From: Blastocladiella emersonii ATCC 22665
Taxonomy: Eukaryota > Fungi > Blastocladiomycota
Assembly: GCA_025594325.1 (NCBI GenBank)
Contig: JANHCV010000018.1
Location: 149,279 to 213,278 of the forward strand
Direction: 5' to 3'
Length of the DNA: 64,000 bases
Positions 23,201 through 38,200 of this stretch are shown piece by piece. The notes below the pieces were generated by a model, which was not told the DNA's origin, ran no database searches, and saw only the letters and a list, made by a program, of their open reading frames with translations. The stretch's first letter is position 1. Every line of letters starts with the position of its first letter. The position numbers and the translations under genes are program-made.

Positions 23201-26200
23201 TCTGACCACATGAGTATATATAACCGACCGCGTAGGTAATTGTCTTGATACTCAAACAAAACCATATTCAAATCTTTCACTTCCCGCTTGTCCAGCTAGC
23301 CAGGGACCCATAAATCACAGTATCACAGCAACGCAATATCTGACCAAAGAAATATCGTAAACCAGGCACGTAGATAATTGTCATGGTACTCAAACAAAAC
23401 CATAGTCAAATCTTCGAGTGCCCCATGTCCAGGTGGGCAAGGGCCTATAAATCACAGTATTGAACCAAGAAAACACCTGACTGACGATCGGGATGTATCA
23501 AACCCGCCACGCTGATAATTGTCATGGTACTCAAACATAACCATACTCAGCCAAATCTTCGCATACCCTCACGTCCAGGTGGGCGAGGAACCAAAGCGCC
23601 AGATATTCAAATCTACCGCTTTGTGCACACTCCACTAGCCAACTCTTCGATCCCCTAATAATGGAGCCCGTCGTCAAAGTGCACGGTCCAATCAACTAAG
23701 TAAACAGCCAACCTGCCAGCCTGCCAACCTGCCAGCCTGCCAGCCTGCCAGCCTGCCAACCTGCCAACCTGTCAACCTGCCACCTTGCCTACCTGCTATC
23801 CGAACACCCACACCGCCTCGCAAGTCATTGGGGGCCCGCGCTCTCTGGTTGCCGTCCCAGCCAACAAACGAATGAATGATGAGCCCTGGCAGCCTGGCAG
23901 CCTGCCACACTGACAGCCTGACTGACAGCGCCCACCCAGTAGATATTATCTATCTCGTAGGTAGTCTGGGACGACTTTGTTAGTCAATACACGACCAGTC
24001 TCCTCCTGGCTGCCGGCTCTGCTGTCCACTCCAAGTCCTGCATGATGATGGGCCAAGGAGGGTTCCGAGCAGCCGCGGCCCAAGCGGCTCTTGTTGCAGA
24101 TCCCTCCGTCCGACTTTGGTTGCTCGGTTCCCCAAGGCACATTCGGTGATGTGACTAGACCAAGGATCGGCGCAGTCGACGCAAGTCCAGTGGCACCAGG
24201 TGTTTGCGCGCGGTACTGACCCATCCACTTTCTCTCGTTCTGACCACGATGAAACGCATGATCCGCCACTGAATGGCGCTGACGCACAAAAGAAAAAGAA
24301 AAAGAAGGAGAAAAACAAAATAAAGAGAAACGCAACAAGAAGAACGTCCGCACAAAAAGATGGAAAAACATCTGACGAACCTCACAGGCCATGCCCAATA
24401 CCACAGCACTGCCACTGGTCCATTGGCATGTCCTCGCGCTCTAGCTGGTCACGCCAGCGTGTCTCTCTGCTCGGTCTCTCTTTACTGCTCTTCGTTCGCT
24501 CTCTTAGCTCGCTGCTCGAGCTCGCTCTCTCTTCGCCTCGTTCGCCCATCTCTCTCGTACTCCCCTCTCCTCCCACAATTCTTCCCCCTATGCTCCTCGA
24601 CGTGCACGGTCCGGGCTTGTCGTACTGCGGCTTGCCCACAAAAAGGCTGCTGCCCGTTGCACAGTGGATATTCTGGTTGCAGTCCACAACCGCAGTTAAG
24701 GAATAAATGCATTGGTTCCAAAAAAAAGAGGGTTCCGAGCAGCTCCTCTGTCTATCCGCGTGAAACCACTCACCCGCTGACGGACGTACACCGCGCACCG
24801 TGCAGCGCGCACAGCACACAGCGCCCGACGCACCCCGCGGTGCGCACACGGCGCAAACGGCCACCCTGGTGTCACACACACTCGCATGAACGGCAGGCAT
24901 GCAAGGCGTCCTCAACTCAACAATGATTTATCATCCAGGCTTGCTACTCGCTCCAACGGGTGCGCCTGCCTGCCCTCCCGGTGCCGTTGATTGATTGATG
25001 GGTGCGCCAGCCCCTGTTGCCAGCCAAGTGGCAAGCAACACCACAGCACCTGCGTCGCCCTGGCCACCGTACCTTGGAAACAGCGTAGCAGCCGTACTGC
25101 TTCACAGGGCTGCAGAGGGCTGGCTGCGGAGGGCTGAGGCGGCAGGGCTCCTGCTGCAGGAAGGAGACAGTGCTGGGGCCAAGGAGTGCTAGGGACGACA
25201 AACTGAATGGTGAATGACCCACACACCACATGCTCCTGGCAGGAGAGCGTGTGGGCGTGCGGGCCTGTGTCCGTGCGTGCCTGTGTCCGTGCGTGCCTGG
25301 ATTAGACCTCCATCACAAGCGCCAAGTGACCAAGTGACCAAGGTGACCAAGTGACCAAGGTGACCAAGGTGACCACGGTGACCAAGGTGACCAAGTGACA
25401 CACAAGCACCAAGCTAGGGTGGCCGGGCGGCCATGGAACGTACTGCATGGGTACCAATACCGTGGACTGGCCGCGGCCATTAATCGCAGCACAGCCCTGC
25501 CTGGCTCAGGACGCGGCGGGCGTGGGAGGCGGGCAGGGTAGATAGGTAGCAGCAGCAGGACCTGGCTAGCTGGCTGTCAAACAGCACGAGTGAAGGGGTG
25601 CGTGAGGGAGGGTGTGTTGAATGAATGGATGGGTGGATGCAGGCAGACCTTCATACGTGTCGTGCGTGATGAGGATTGGCTGGCCACCATCCACCCACCA
25701 ACGCCATGGCATGGCTGCGGGTGTCGCTGCGTGCGCCTTGGCGGGTGGTGTTGGTGGGTGGTGTTGGTGGGTGCTGTGGTGGTAGTGGAGCTAAAGTGGT
25801 GTCGTGGGGCTCTTGGGGTCCCCTTTCCTTCCTGTCTGGCCTAGGTGGGTGGGTGGGTGGGCGGACGTAGCGCGCATGCGGGCGGGCAAGCTAGGAACGT
25901 TGCTCACGCAATGGATCATGTATTTCATGGAACGTAGTCTGGACAGCAGAGAGGGGGATGTCCGGCCCAATCGGACCCTCCACGAATCACAATATGCACG
26001 CAATGAATTGACCGATGATAGGGCCGTACCAAACCAGCCACGTAGACAATTGTCATGGTAGTCGAACAAAACCATATTCAAATCTTTGACTACACGCTTG
26101 TCCAGCTAGCCAGGGACCCATAAATCACAGTATCGACCCAACTAAATATTTGACAACGGAAAGATAATAAACCAGCCTCGTACATAATTGTCATGGTACT

Positions 26201-29200
26201 CAAACAAAACCATAGTCAAATCTTTGACCTCCCGCATGCCCATGTGGGCAAGGACCTATAGATCAGAGTATCGTACCAAGAAAATATCTGACCATGGAAA
26301 TATAGTATACCAGCCACGTAGGTAATTGTCATGGCACTCAAACAAAACCATAGTCAAGTCTTTGACTATTCACAGGTCCAGCTGGTTAAGGACCCATAAA
26401 TCGTAACGTCAAAGCAACAGTATATCTGACCATAGAAGTATAGTAAACCAGCCACTCTGGCAACTGTCATGGTACTCAAACAAAACCATACTCAAATCTT
26501 CGACTTCCCACATGTCCAGCAGGTTGGACACCCATAAATCACAGTATCAAACCAACGAAATATCTGACCACATGAGTATATATAACCGACCGCGTAGGTA
26601 ATTGTCTTGATACTCAAACAAAACCATATTCAAATCTTTCACTTCCCGCTTGTCCAGCTAGCCAGGGACCCATAAATCACAGTATCACAGCAACGCAATA
26701 TCTGACCAAAGAAATATCGTAAACCAGGCACGTAGATAATTGTCATGGTACTCAAACAAAACCATAGTCAAATCTTCGAGTGCCCCATGTCCAGGTGGGC
26801 AAGGGCCTATAAATCACAGTATTGAACCAAGAAAACACCTGACTGACGATCGGGATGTATCAAACCCGCCACGCTGATAATTGTCATGGTACTCAAACAT
26901 AACCATACTCAGCCAAATCTTCGCATACCCTCACGTCCAGGTGGGCGAGGAACCAAAGCGCCAGATATTCAAATCTACCGCTTTGTGCACACTCCACTAG
27001 CCAACTCTTCGATCCCCTAATAATGGAGCCCGTCGTCAAAGTGCACGGTCCAATCAACTAAGTAAACAGCCAACCTGCCAGCCTGCCAACCTGCCAGCCT
27101 GCCAGCCTGCCAGCCTGCCAACCTGCCAACCTGTCAACCTGCCACCTTGCCTACCTGCTATCCGAACACCCACACCGCCTCGCAAGTCATTGGGGGCCCG
27201 CGCTCTCTGGTTGCCGTCCCAGCCAACAAACGAATGAATGATGAGCCCTGGCAGCCTGGCAGCCTGCCACACTGACAGCCTGACTGACAGCGCCCACCCA
27301 GTAGATATTATCTATCTCGTAGGTAGTCTGGGACGACTTTGTTAGTCAATACACGACCAGTCTCCTCCTGGCTGCCGGCTCTGCTGTCCACTCCAAGTCC
27401 TGCATGATGATGGGCCAAGGAGGGTTCCGAGCAGCCGCGGCCCAAGCGGCTCTTGTTGCAGATCCCTCCGTCCGACTTTGGTTGCTCGGTTCCCCAAGGC
27501 ACATTCGGTGATGTGACTAGACCAAGGATCGGCGCAGTCGACGCAAGTCCAGTGGCACCAGGTGTTTGCGCGCGGTACTGACCCATCCACTTTCTCTCGT
27601 TCTGACCACGATGAAACGCATGATCCGCCACTGAATGGCGCTGACGCACAAAAGAAAAAGAAAAAGAAGGAGAAAAACAAAATAAAGAGAAACGCAACAA
27701 GAAGAACGTCCGCACAAAAAGATGGAAAAACATCTGACGAACCTCACAGGCCATGCCCAATACCACAGCACTGCCACTGGTCCATTGGCATGTCCTCGCG
27801 CTCTAGCTGGTCACGCCAGCGTGTCTCTCTGCTCGGTCTCTCTTTACTGCTCTTCGTTCGCTCTCTTAGCTCGCTGCTCGAGCTCGCTCTCTCTTCGCCT
27901 CGTTCGCCCATCTCTCTCGTACTCCCCTCTCCTCCCACAATTCTTCCCCCTATGCTCCTCGACGTGCACGGTCCGGGCTTGTCGTACTGCGGCTTGCCCA
28001 CAAAAAGGCTGCTGCCCGTTGCACAGTGGATATTCTGGTTGCAGTCCACAACCGCAGTTAAGGAATAAATGCATTGGTTCCAAAATAAAGAGGGTTCCGA
28101 GCAGCTCCTCTGTCTATCCGCGTGAAACCACTCACCCGCTGACGGACGTACACCGCGCACCGTGCAGCGCGCACAGCACACAGCGCCCGACGCACCCCGC
28201 GGTGCGCACACGGCGCAAACGGCCACCCTGGTGTCACACACACTCGCATGAACGGCAGGCATGCAAGGCGTCCTCAACTCAACAATGATTTATCATCCAG
28301 GCTTGCTACTCGCTCCAACGGGTGCGCCTGCCTGCCCTCCCGGTGCCGTTGATTGATTGATGGGTGCGCCAGCCCCTGTTGCCAGCCAAGTGGCAAGCAA
28401 CACCACAGCACCTGCGTCGCCCTGGCCACCGTACCTTGGAAACAGCGTAGCAGCCGTACTGCTTCACAGGGCTGCAGAGGGCTGGCTGCGGAGGGCTGAG
28501 GCGGCAGGGCTCCTGCTGCAGGAAGGAGACAGTGCTGGGGCCAAGGAGTGCTAGGGACGACAAACTGAATGGTGAATGACCCACACACCACATGCTCCTG
28601 GCAGGAGAGCGTGTGGGCGTGCGGGCCTGTGTCCGTGCGTGCCTGTGTCCGTGCGTGCCTGGATTAGACCTCCATCACAAGCGCCAAGTGACCAAGTGAC
28701 CAAGGTGACCAAGTGACCAAGGTGACCAAGGTGACCACGGTGACCAAGGTGACCAAGTGACACACAAGCACCAAGCTAGGGTGGCCGGGCGGCCATGGAA
28801 CGTACTGCATGGGTACCAATACCGTGGACTGGCCGCGGCCATTAATCGCAGCACAGCCCTGCCTGGCTCAGGACGCGGCGGGCGTGGGAGGCGGGCAGGG
28901 TAGATAGGTAGCAGCAGCAGGACCTGGCTAGCTGGCTGTCAAACAGCACGAGTGAAGGGGTGCGTGAGGGAGGGTGTGTTGAATGAATGGATGGGTGGAT
29001 GCAGGCAGACCTTCATACGTGTCGTGCGTGATGAGGATTGGCTGGCCACCATCCACCCACCAACGCCATGGCATGGCTGCGGGTGTCGCTGCGTGCGCCT
29101 TGGCGGGTGGTGTTGGTGGGTGGTGTTGGTGGGTGCTGTGGTGGTAGTGGAGCTAAAGTGGTGTCGTGGGGCTCTTGGGGTCCCCTTTCCTTCCTGTCTG

Positions 29201-32200
29201 GCCTAGGTGGGTGGGTGGGTGGGCGGACGTAGCGCGCATGCGGGCGGGCAAGCTAGGAACGTTGCTCACGCAATGGATCATGTATTTCATGGAACGTAGT
29301 CTGGACAGCAGAGAGGGGGATGTCCGGCCCAATCGGACCCTCCACGAATCACAATATGCACGCAATGAATTGACCGATGATAGGGCCGTACCAAACCAGC
29401 CACGTAGACAATTGTCATGGTAGTCGAACAAAACCATATTCAAATCTTTGACTACACGCTTGTCCAGCTAGCCAGGGACCCATAAATCACAGTATCGACC
29501 CAACTAAATATTTGACAACGGAAAGATAATAAACCAGCCTCGTACATAATTGTCATGGTACTCAAACAAAACCATAGTCAAATCTTTGACCTCCCGCATG
29601 CCCATGTGGGCAAGGACCTATAGATCAGAGTATCGTACCAAGAAAATATCTGACCATGGAAATATAGTATACCAGCCACGTAGGTAATTGTCATGGCACT
29701 CAAACAAAACCATAGTCAAGTCTTTGACTATTCACAGGTCCAGCTGGTTAAGGACCCATAAATCGTAACGTCAAAGCAACAGTATATCTGACCATAGAAG
29801 TATAGTAAACCAGCCACTCTGGCAACTGTCATGGTACTCAAACAAAACCATACTCAAATCTTCGACTTCCCACATGTCCAGCAGGTTGGACACCCATAAA
29901 TCACAGTATCAAACCAACGAAATATCTGACCACATGAGTATATATAACCGACCGCGTAGGTAATTGTCTTGATACTCAAACAAAACCATATTCAAATCTT
30001 TCACTTCCCGCTTGTCCAGCTAGCCAGGGACCCATAAATCACAGTATCACAGCAACGCAATATCTGACCAAAGAAATATCGTAAACCAGGCACGTAGATA
30101 ATTGTCATGGTACTCAAACAAAACCATAGTCAAATCTTCGAGTGCCCCATGTCCAGGTGGGCAAGGGCCTATAAATCACAGTATTGAACCAAGAAAACAC
30201 CTGACTGACGATCGGGATGTATCAAACCCGCCACGCTGATAATTGTCATGGTACTCAAACATAACCATACTCAGCCAAATCTTCGCATACCCTCACGTCC
30301 AGGTGGGCGAGGAACCAAAGCGCCAGATATTCAAATCTACCGCTTTGTGCACACTCCACTAGCCAACTCTTCGATCCCCTAATAATGGAGCCCGTCGTCA
30401 AAGTGCACGGTCCAATCAACTAAGTAAACAGCCAACCTGCCAGCCTGCCAACCTGCCAGCCTGCCAGCCTGCCAGCCTGCCAACCTGCCAACCTGTCAAC
30501 CTGCCACCTTGCCTACCTGCTATCCGAACACCCACACCGCCTCGCAAGTCATTGGGGGCCCGCGCTCTCTGGTTGCCGTCCCAGCCAACAAACGAATGAA
30601 TGATGAGCCCTGGCAGCCTGGCAGCCTGCCACACTGACAGCCTGACTGACAGCGCCCACCCAGTAGATATTATCTATCTCGTAGGTAGTCTGGGACGACT
30701 TTGTTAGTCAATACACGACCAGTCTCCTCCTGGCTGCCGGCTCTGCTGTCCACTCCAAGTCCTGCATGATGATGGGCCAAGGAGGGTTCCGAGCAGCCGC
30801 GGCCCAAGCGGCTCTTGTTGCAGATCCCTCCGTCCGACTTTGGTTGCTCGGTTCCCCAAGGCACATTCGGTGATGTGACTAGACCAAGGATCGGCGCAGT
30901 CGACGCAAGTCCAGTGGCACCAGGTGTTTGCGCGCGGTACTGACCCATCCACTTTCTCTCGTTCTGACCACGATGAAACGCATGATCCGCCACTGAATGG
31001 CGCTGACGCACAAAAGAAAAAGAAAAAGAAGGAGAAAAACAAAATAAAGAGAAACGCAACAAGAAGAACGTCCGCACAAAAAGATGGAAAAACATCTGAC
31101 GAACCTCACAGGCCATGCCCAATACCACAGCACTGCCACTGGTCCATTGGCATGTCCTCGCGCTCTAGCTGGTCACGCCAGCGTGTCTCTCTGCTCGGTC
31201 TCTCTTTACTGCTCTTCGTTCGCTCTCTTAGCTCGCTGCTCGAGCTCGCTCTCTCTTCGCCTCGTTCGCCCATCTCTCTCGTACTCCCCTCTCCTCCCAC
31301 AATTCTTCCCCCTATGCTCCTCGACGTGCACGGTCCGGGCTTGTCGTACTGCGGCTTGCCCACAAAAAGGCTGCTGCCCGTTGCACAGTGGATATTCTGG
31401 TTGCAGTCCACAACCGCAGTTAAGGAATAAATGCATTGGTTCCAAAAAAAAGAGGGTTCCGAGCAGCTCCTCTGTCTATCCGCGTGAAACCACTCACCCG
31501 CTGACGGACGTACACCGCGCACCGTGCAGCGCGCACAGCACACAGCGCCCGACGCACCCCGCGGTGCGCACACGGCGCAAACGGCCACCCTGGTGTCACA
31601 CACACTCGCATGAACGGCAGGCATGCAAGGCGTCCTCAACTCAACAATGATTTATCATCCAGGCTTGCTACTCGCTCCAACGGGTGCGCCTGCCTGCCCT
31701 CCCGGTGCCGTTGATTGATTGATGGGTGCGCCAGCCCCTGTTGCCAGCCAAGTGGCAAGCAACACCACAGCACCTGCGTCGCCCTGGCCACCGTACCTTG
31801 GAAACAGCGTAGCAGCCGTACTGCTTCACAGGGCTGCAGAGGGCTGGCTGCGGAGGGCTGAGGCGGCAGGGCTCCTGCTGCAGGAAGGAGACAGTGCTGG
31901 GGCCAAGGAGTGCTAGGGACGACAAACTGAATGGTGAATGACCCACACACCACATGCTCCTGGCAGGAGAGCGTGTGGGCGTGCGGGCCTGTGTCCGTGC
32001 GTGCCTGTGTCCGTGCGTGCCTGGATTAGACCTCCATCACAAGCGCCAAGTGACCAAGTGACCAAGGTGACCAAGTGACCAAGGTGACCAAGGTGACCAC
32101 GGTGACCAAGGTGACCAAGTGACACACAAGCACCAAGCTAGGGTGGCCGGGCGGCCATGGAACGTACTGCATGGGTACCAATACCGTGGACTGGCCGCGG

Positions 32201-35200
32201 CCATTAATCGCAGCACAGCCCTGCCTGGCTCAGGACGCGGCGGGCGTGGGAGGCGGGCAGGGTAGATAGGTAGCAGCAGCAGGACCTGGCTAGCTGGCTG
32301 TCAAACAGCACGAGTGAAGGGGTGCGTGAGGGAGGGTGTGTTGAATGAATGGATGGGTGGATGCAGGCAGACCTTCATACGTGTCGTGCGTGATGAGGAT
32401 TGGCTGGCCACCATCCACCCACCAACGCCATGGCATGGCTGCGGGTGTCGCTGCGTGCGCCTTGGCGGGTGGTGTTGGTGGGTGGTGTTGGTGGGTGCTG
32501 TGGTGGTAGTGGAGCTAAAGTGGTGTCGTGGGGCTCTTGGGGTCCCCTTTCCTTCCTGTCTGGCCTAGGTGGGTGGGTGGGTGGGCGGACGTAGCGCGCA
32601 TGCGGGCGGGCAAGCTAGGAACGTTGCTCACGCAATGGATCATGTATTTCATGGAACGTAGTCTGGACAGCAGAGAGGGGGATGTCCGGCCCAATCGGAC
32701 CCTCCACGAATCACAATATGCACGCAATGAATTGACCGATGATAGGGCCGTACCAAACCAGCCACGTAGACAATTGTCATGGTAGTCGAACAAAACCATA
32801 TTCAAATCTTTGACTACACGCTTGTCCAGCTAGCCAGGGACCCATAAATCACAGTATCGACCCAACTAAATATTTGACAACGGAAAGATAATAAACCAGC
32901 CTCGTACATAATTGTCATGGTACTCAAACAAAACCATAGTCAAATCTTTGACCTCCCGCATGCCCATGTGGGCAAGGACCTATAGATCAGAGTATCGTAC
33001 CAAGAAAATATCTGACCATGGAAATATAGTATACCAGCCACGTAGGTAATTGTCATGGCACTCAAACAAAACCATAGTCAAGTCTTTGACTATTCACAGG
33101 TCCAGCTGGTTAAGGACCCATAAATCGTAACGTCAAAGCAACAGTATATCTGACCATAGAAGTATAGTAAACCAGCCACTCTGGCAACTGTCATGGTACT
33201 CAAACAAAACCATACTCAAATCTTCGACTTCCCACATGTCCAGCAGGTTGGACACCCATAAATCACAGTATCAAACCAACGAAATATCTGACCACATGAG
33301 TATATATAACCGACCGCGTAGGTAATTGTCTTGATACTCAAACAAAACCATATTCAAATCTTTCACTTCCCGCTTGTCCAGCTAGCCAGGGACCCATAAA
33401 TCACAGTATCACAGCAACGCAATATCTGACCAAAGAAATATCGTAAACCAGGCACGTAGATAATTGTCATGGTACTCAAACAAAACCATAGTCAAATCTT
33501 CGAGTGCCCCATGTCCAGGTGGGCAAGGGCCTATAAATCACAGTATTGAACCAAGAAAACACCTGACTGACGATCGGGATGTATCAAACCCGCCACGCTG
33601 ATAATTGTCATGGTACTCAAACATAACCATACTCAGCCAAATCTTCGCATACCCTCACGTCCAGGTGGGCGAGGAACCAAAGCGCCAGATATTCAAATCT
33701 ACCGCTTTGTGCACACTCCACTAGCCAACTCTTCGATCCCCTAATAATGGAGCCCGTCGTCAAAGTGCACGGTCCAATCAACTAAGTAAACAGCCAACCT
33801 GCCAGCCTGCCAACCTGCCAGCCTGCCAGCCTGCCAGCCTGCCAACCTGCCAACCTGTCAACCTGCCACCTTGCCTACCTGCTATCCGAACACCCACACC
33901 GCCTCGCAAGTCATTGGGGGCCCGCGCTCTCTGGTTGCCGTCCCAGCCAACAAACGAATGAATGATGAGCCCTGGCAGCCTGGCAGCCTGCCACACTGAC
34001 AGCCTGACTGACAGCGCCCACCCAGTAGATATTATCTATCTCGTAGGTAGTCTGGGACGACTTTGTTAGTCAATACACGACCAGTCTCCTCCTGGCTGCC
34101 GGCTCTGCTGTCCACTCCAAGTCCTGCATGATGATGGGCCAAGGAGGGTTCCGAGCAGCCGCGGCCCAAGCGGCTCTTGTTGCAGATCCCTCCGTCCGAC
34201 TTTGGTTGCTCGGTTCCCCAAGGCACATTCGGTGATGTGACTAGACCAAGGATCGGCGCAGTCGACGCAAGTCCAGTGGCACCAGGTGTTTGCGCGCGGT
34301 ACTGACCCATCCACTTTCTCTCGTTCTGACCACGATGAAACGCATGATCCGCCACTGAATGGCGCTGACGCACAAAAGAAAAAGAAAAAGAAGGAGAAAA
34401 ACAAAATATAGGGAAACGCAAAAAGAAGAACGTCCGCACAAAAAGATGGAAAAACATCTGACGAACCTCACAGGCCATGCCCAATACCACAGCACTGCCA
34501 CTGGTCCATTGGCATGTCCTCGCGCTCTAGCTGGTCACGCCAGCGTGTCTCTCTGCTCGGTCTCTCTTTACTGCTCTTCGTTCGCTCTCTTAGCTCGCTG
34601 CTCGAGCTCGCTCTCTCTTCGCCTCGTTCGCCCATCTCTCTCGTACTCCCCTCTCCTCCCACAATTCTTCCCCCTATGCTCCTCGACGTGCACGGTCCGG
34701 GCTTGTCGTACTGCGGCTTGCCCACAAAAAGGCTGCTGCCCGTTGCACAGTGGATATTCTGGTTGCAGTCCACAACCGCAGTTAAGGAATAAATGCATTG
34801 GTTCCAAAAAAAAGAGGGTTCCGAGCAGCTCCTCTGTCTATCCGCGTGAAACCACTCACCCGCTGACGGACGTACACCGCGCACCGTGCAGCGCGCACAG
34901 CACACAGCGCCCGACGCACCCCGCGGTGCGCACACGGCGCAAACGGCCACCCTGGTGTCACACACACTCGCATGAACGGCAGGCATGCAAGGCGTCCTCA
35001 ACTCAACAATGATTTATCATCCAGGCTTGCTACTCGCTCCAACGGGTGCGCCTGCCTGCCCTCCCGGTGCCGTTGATTGATTGATGGGTGCGCCAGCCCC
35101 TGTTGCCAGCCAAGTGGCAAGCAACACCACAGCACCTGCGTCGCCCTGGCCACCGTACCTTGGAAACAGCGTAGCAGCCGTACTGCTTCACAGGGCTGCA

Positions 35201-38200
35201 GAGGGCTGGCTGCGGAGGGCTGAGGCGGCAGGGCTCCTGCTGCAGGAAGGAGACAGTGCTGGGGCCAAGGAGTGCTAGGGACGACAAACTGAATGGTGAA
35301 TGACCCACACACCACATGCTCCTGGCAGGAGAGCGTGTGGGCGTGCGGGCCTGTGTCCGTGCGTGCCTGTGTCCGTGCGTGCCTGGATTAGACCTCCATC
35401 ACAAGCGCCAAGTGACCAAGTGACCAAGGTGACCAAGTGACCAAGGTGACCAAGGTGACCACGGTGACCAAGGTGACCAAGTGACACACAAGCACCAAGC
35501 TAGGGTGGCCGGGCGGCCATGGAACGTACTGCATGGGTACCAATACCGTGGACTGGCCGCGGCCATTAATCGCAGCACAGCCCTGCCTGGCTCAGGACGC
35601 GGCGGGCGTGGGAGGCGGGCAGGGTAGATAGGTAGCAGCAGCAGGACCTGGCTAGCTGGCTGTCAAACAGCACGAGTGAAGGGGTGCGTGAGGGAGGGTG
35701 TGTTGAATGAATGGATGGGTGGATGCAGGCAGACCTTCATACGTGTCGTGCGTGATGAGGATTGGCTGGCCACCATCCACCCACCAACGCCATGGCATGG
35801 CTGCGGGTGTCGCTGCGTGCGCCTTGGCGGGTGGTAGTGGAGCTAAAGTGGTGTCGTGGGGCTCTTGGGGTCCCCTTTCCTTCCTGTCTGGCCTAGGTGG
35901 GTGGGTGGGTGGGCGGACGTAGCGCGCATGCGGGCGGGCAAGCTAGGAACGTTGCTCACGCAATGGATCATGTATTTCATGGAACGTAGTCTGGACAGCA
36001 GAGAGGGGGATGTCCGGCCCAATCGGACCCTCCACGAATCACAATATGCACGCAATGAATTGACCGATGATAGGGCCGTACCAAACCAGCCACGTAGACA
36101 ATTGTCATGGTAGTCGAACAAAACCATATTCAAATCTTTGACTACACGCTTGTCCAGCTAGCCAGGGACCCATAAATCACAGTATCGACCCAACTAAATA
36201 TTTGACAACGGAAAGATAGTAAACCAGCCTCGTACATAATTGTCATGGTACTCAAACAAAACCATATTCAAAACCTTGACTTCCCGCATGTCCAGCTGGC
36301 CAGGGACCCATAAATCACAGTATCAAACCGACAAAGTATCTGACAACAGAAATATGGTAAAACAGCCACGCGGATAATTGTCATGGTACTCAATCAAAAC
36401 CATATTCAAATCTTTGCTTTCCTGCATGTCCAGCTGGTTGAGGACCCATAAATCGTAACGTCAAAGCAACAGTATATCTGACCATAGAAGTATAGTAAAC
36501 CAGCCACTCTGGCAACTGTCATGGTACTCAAACAAAACCATACTCAAATCTTCGACTTCCCACATGTCCAGCAGGTTGGACACCCATAAATCACAGTATC
36601 AAACCAACGAAATATCTGACCACATGAGTATATATAACCGACCGCGTAGGTAATTGTCTTGATACTCAAACAAAACCATATTCAAATCTTTCACTTCCCG
36701 CTTGTCCAGCTAGCCAGGGACCCATAAATCACAGTATCACAGCAACGCAATATCTGACCAAAGAAATATCGTAAACCAGGCACGTAGATAATTGTCATGG
36801 TACTCAAACAAAACCATAGTCAAATCTTCGAGTGCCCCATGTCCAGGTGGGCAAGGGCCTATAAATCACAGTATTGAACCAAGAAAACACCTGACTGACG
36901 ATCGGGATGTATCAAACCCGCCACGCTGATAATTGTCATGGTACTCAAACATAACCATACTCAGCCAAATCTTCGCATACCCTCACGTCCAGGTGGGCGA
37001 GGAACCAAAGCGCCAGATATTCAAATCTACCGCTTTGTGCACACTCCACTAGCCAACTCTTCGATCCCCTAATAATGGAGCCCGTCGTCAAAGTGCACGG
37101 TCCAATCAACTAAGTAAACAGCCAACCTGCCAGCCTGCCAACCTGCCAGCCTGCCAGCCTGCCAACCTGCCAACCTGTCAACCTGCCACCTTGCCTACCT
37201 GCTATCCGAACACCCACACCGCCTCGCAAGTCATTGGGGGCCCGCGCTCTCTGGTTGCCGTCCCAGCCAACAAACGAATGAATGATGAGCCCTGGCAGCC
37301 TGGCAGCCTGCCACACTGACAGCCTGACTGACAGCGCCCACCCAGTAGATATTATCTATCTCGTAGGTAGTCTGGGACGACTTTGTTAGTCAATACACGA
37401 CCAGTCTCCTCCTGGCTGCCGGCTCTGCTGTCCACTCCAAGTCCTGCATGATGATGGGCCAAGGAGGGTTCCGAGCAGCCGCGGCCCAAGCGGCTCTTGT
37501 TGCAGATCCCTCCGTCCGACTTTGGTTGCTCGGTTCCCCAAGGCACATTCGGTGATGTGACTAGACCAAGGATCGGCGCAGTCGACGCAAGTCCAGTGGC
37601 ACCAGGTGTTTGCGCGCGGTACTGACCCATCCACTTTCTCTCGTTCTGACCACGATGAAACGCATGATCCGCCACTGAATGGCGCTGACGCACAAAAGAA
37701 AAAGAAAAAGAAGGAGAAAAACAAAATATAGGGAAACGCAAAAAGAAGAACGTCCGCACAAAAAGATGGAAAAACATCTGACGAACCTCACAGGCCATGC
37801 CCAATACCACAGCACTGCCACTGGTCCATTGGCATGTCCTCGCGCTCTAGCTGGTCACGCCAGCGTGTCTCTCTGCTCGGTCTCTCTTTACTGCTCTTCG
37901 TTCGCTCTCTTAGCTCGCTGCTCGAGCTCGCTCTCTCTTCGCCTCGTTCGCCCATCTCTCTCGTACTCCCCTCTCCTCCCACAATTCTTCCCCCTATGCT
38001 CCTCGACGTGCACGGTCCGGGCTTGTCGTACTGCGGCTTGCCCACAAAAAGGCTGCTGCCCGTTGCACAGTGGATATTCTGGTTGCAGTCCACAACCGCA
38101 GTTAAGGAATAAATGCATTGGTTCCAAAAAAAAGAGGGTTCCGAGCAGCTCCTCTGTCTATCCGCGTGAAACCACTCACCCGCTGACGGACGTACACCGC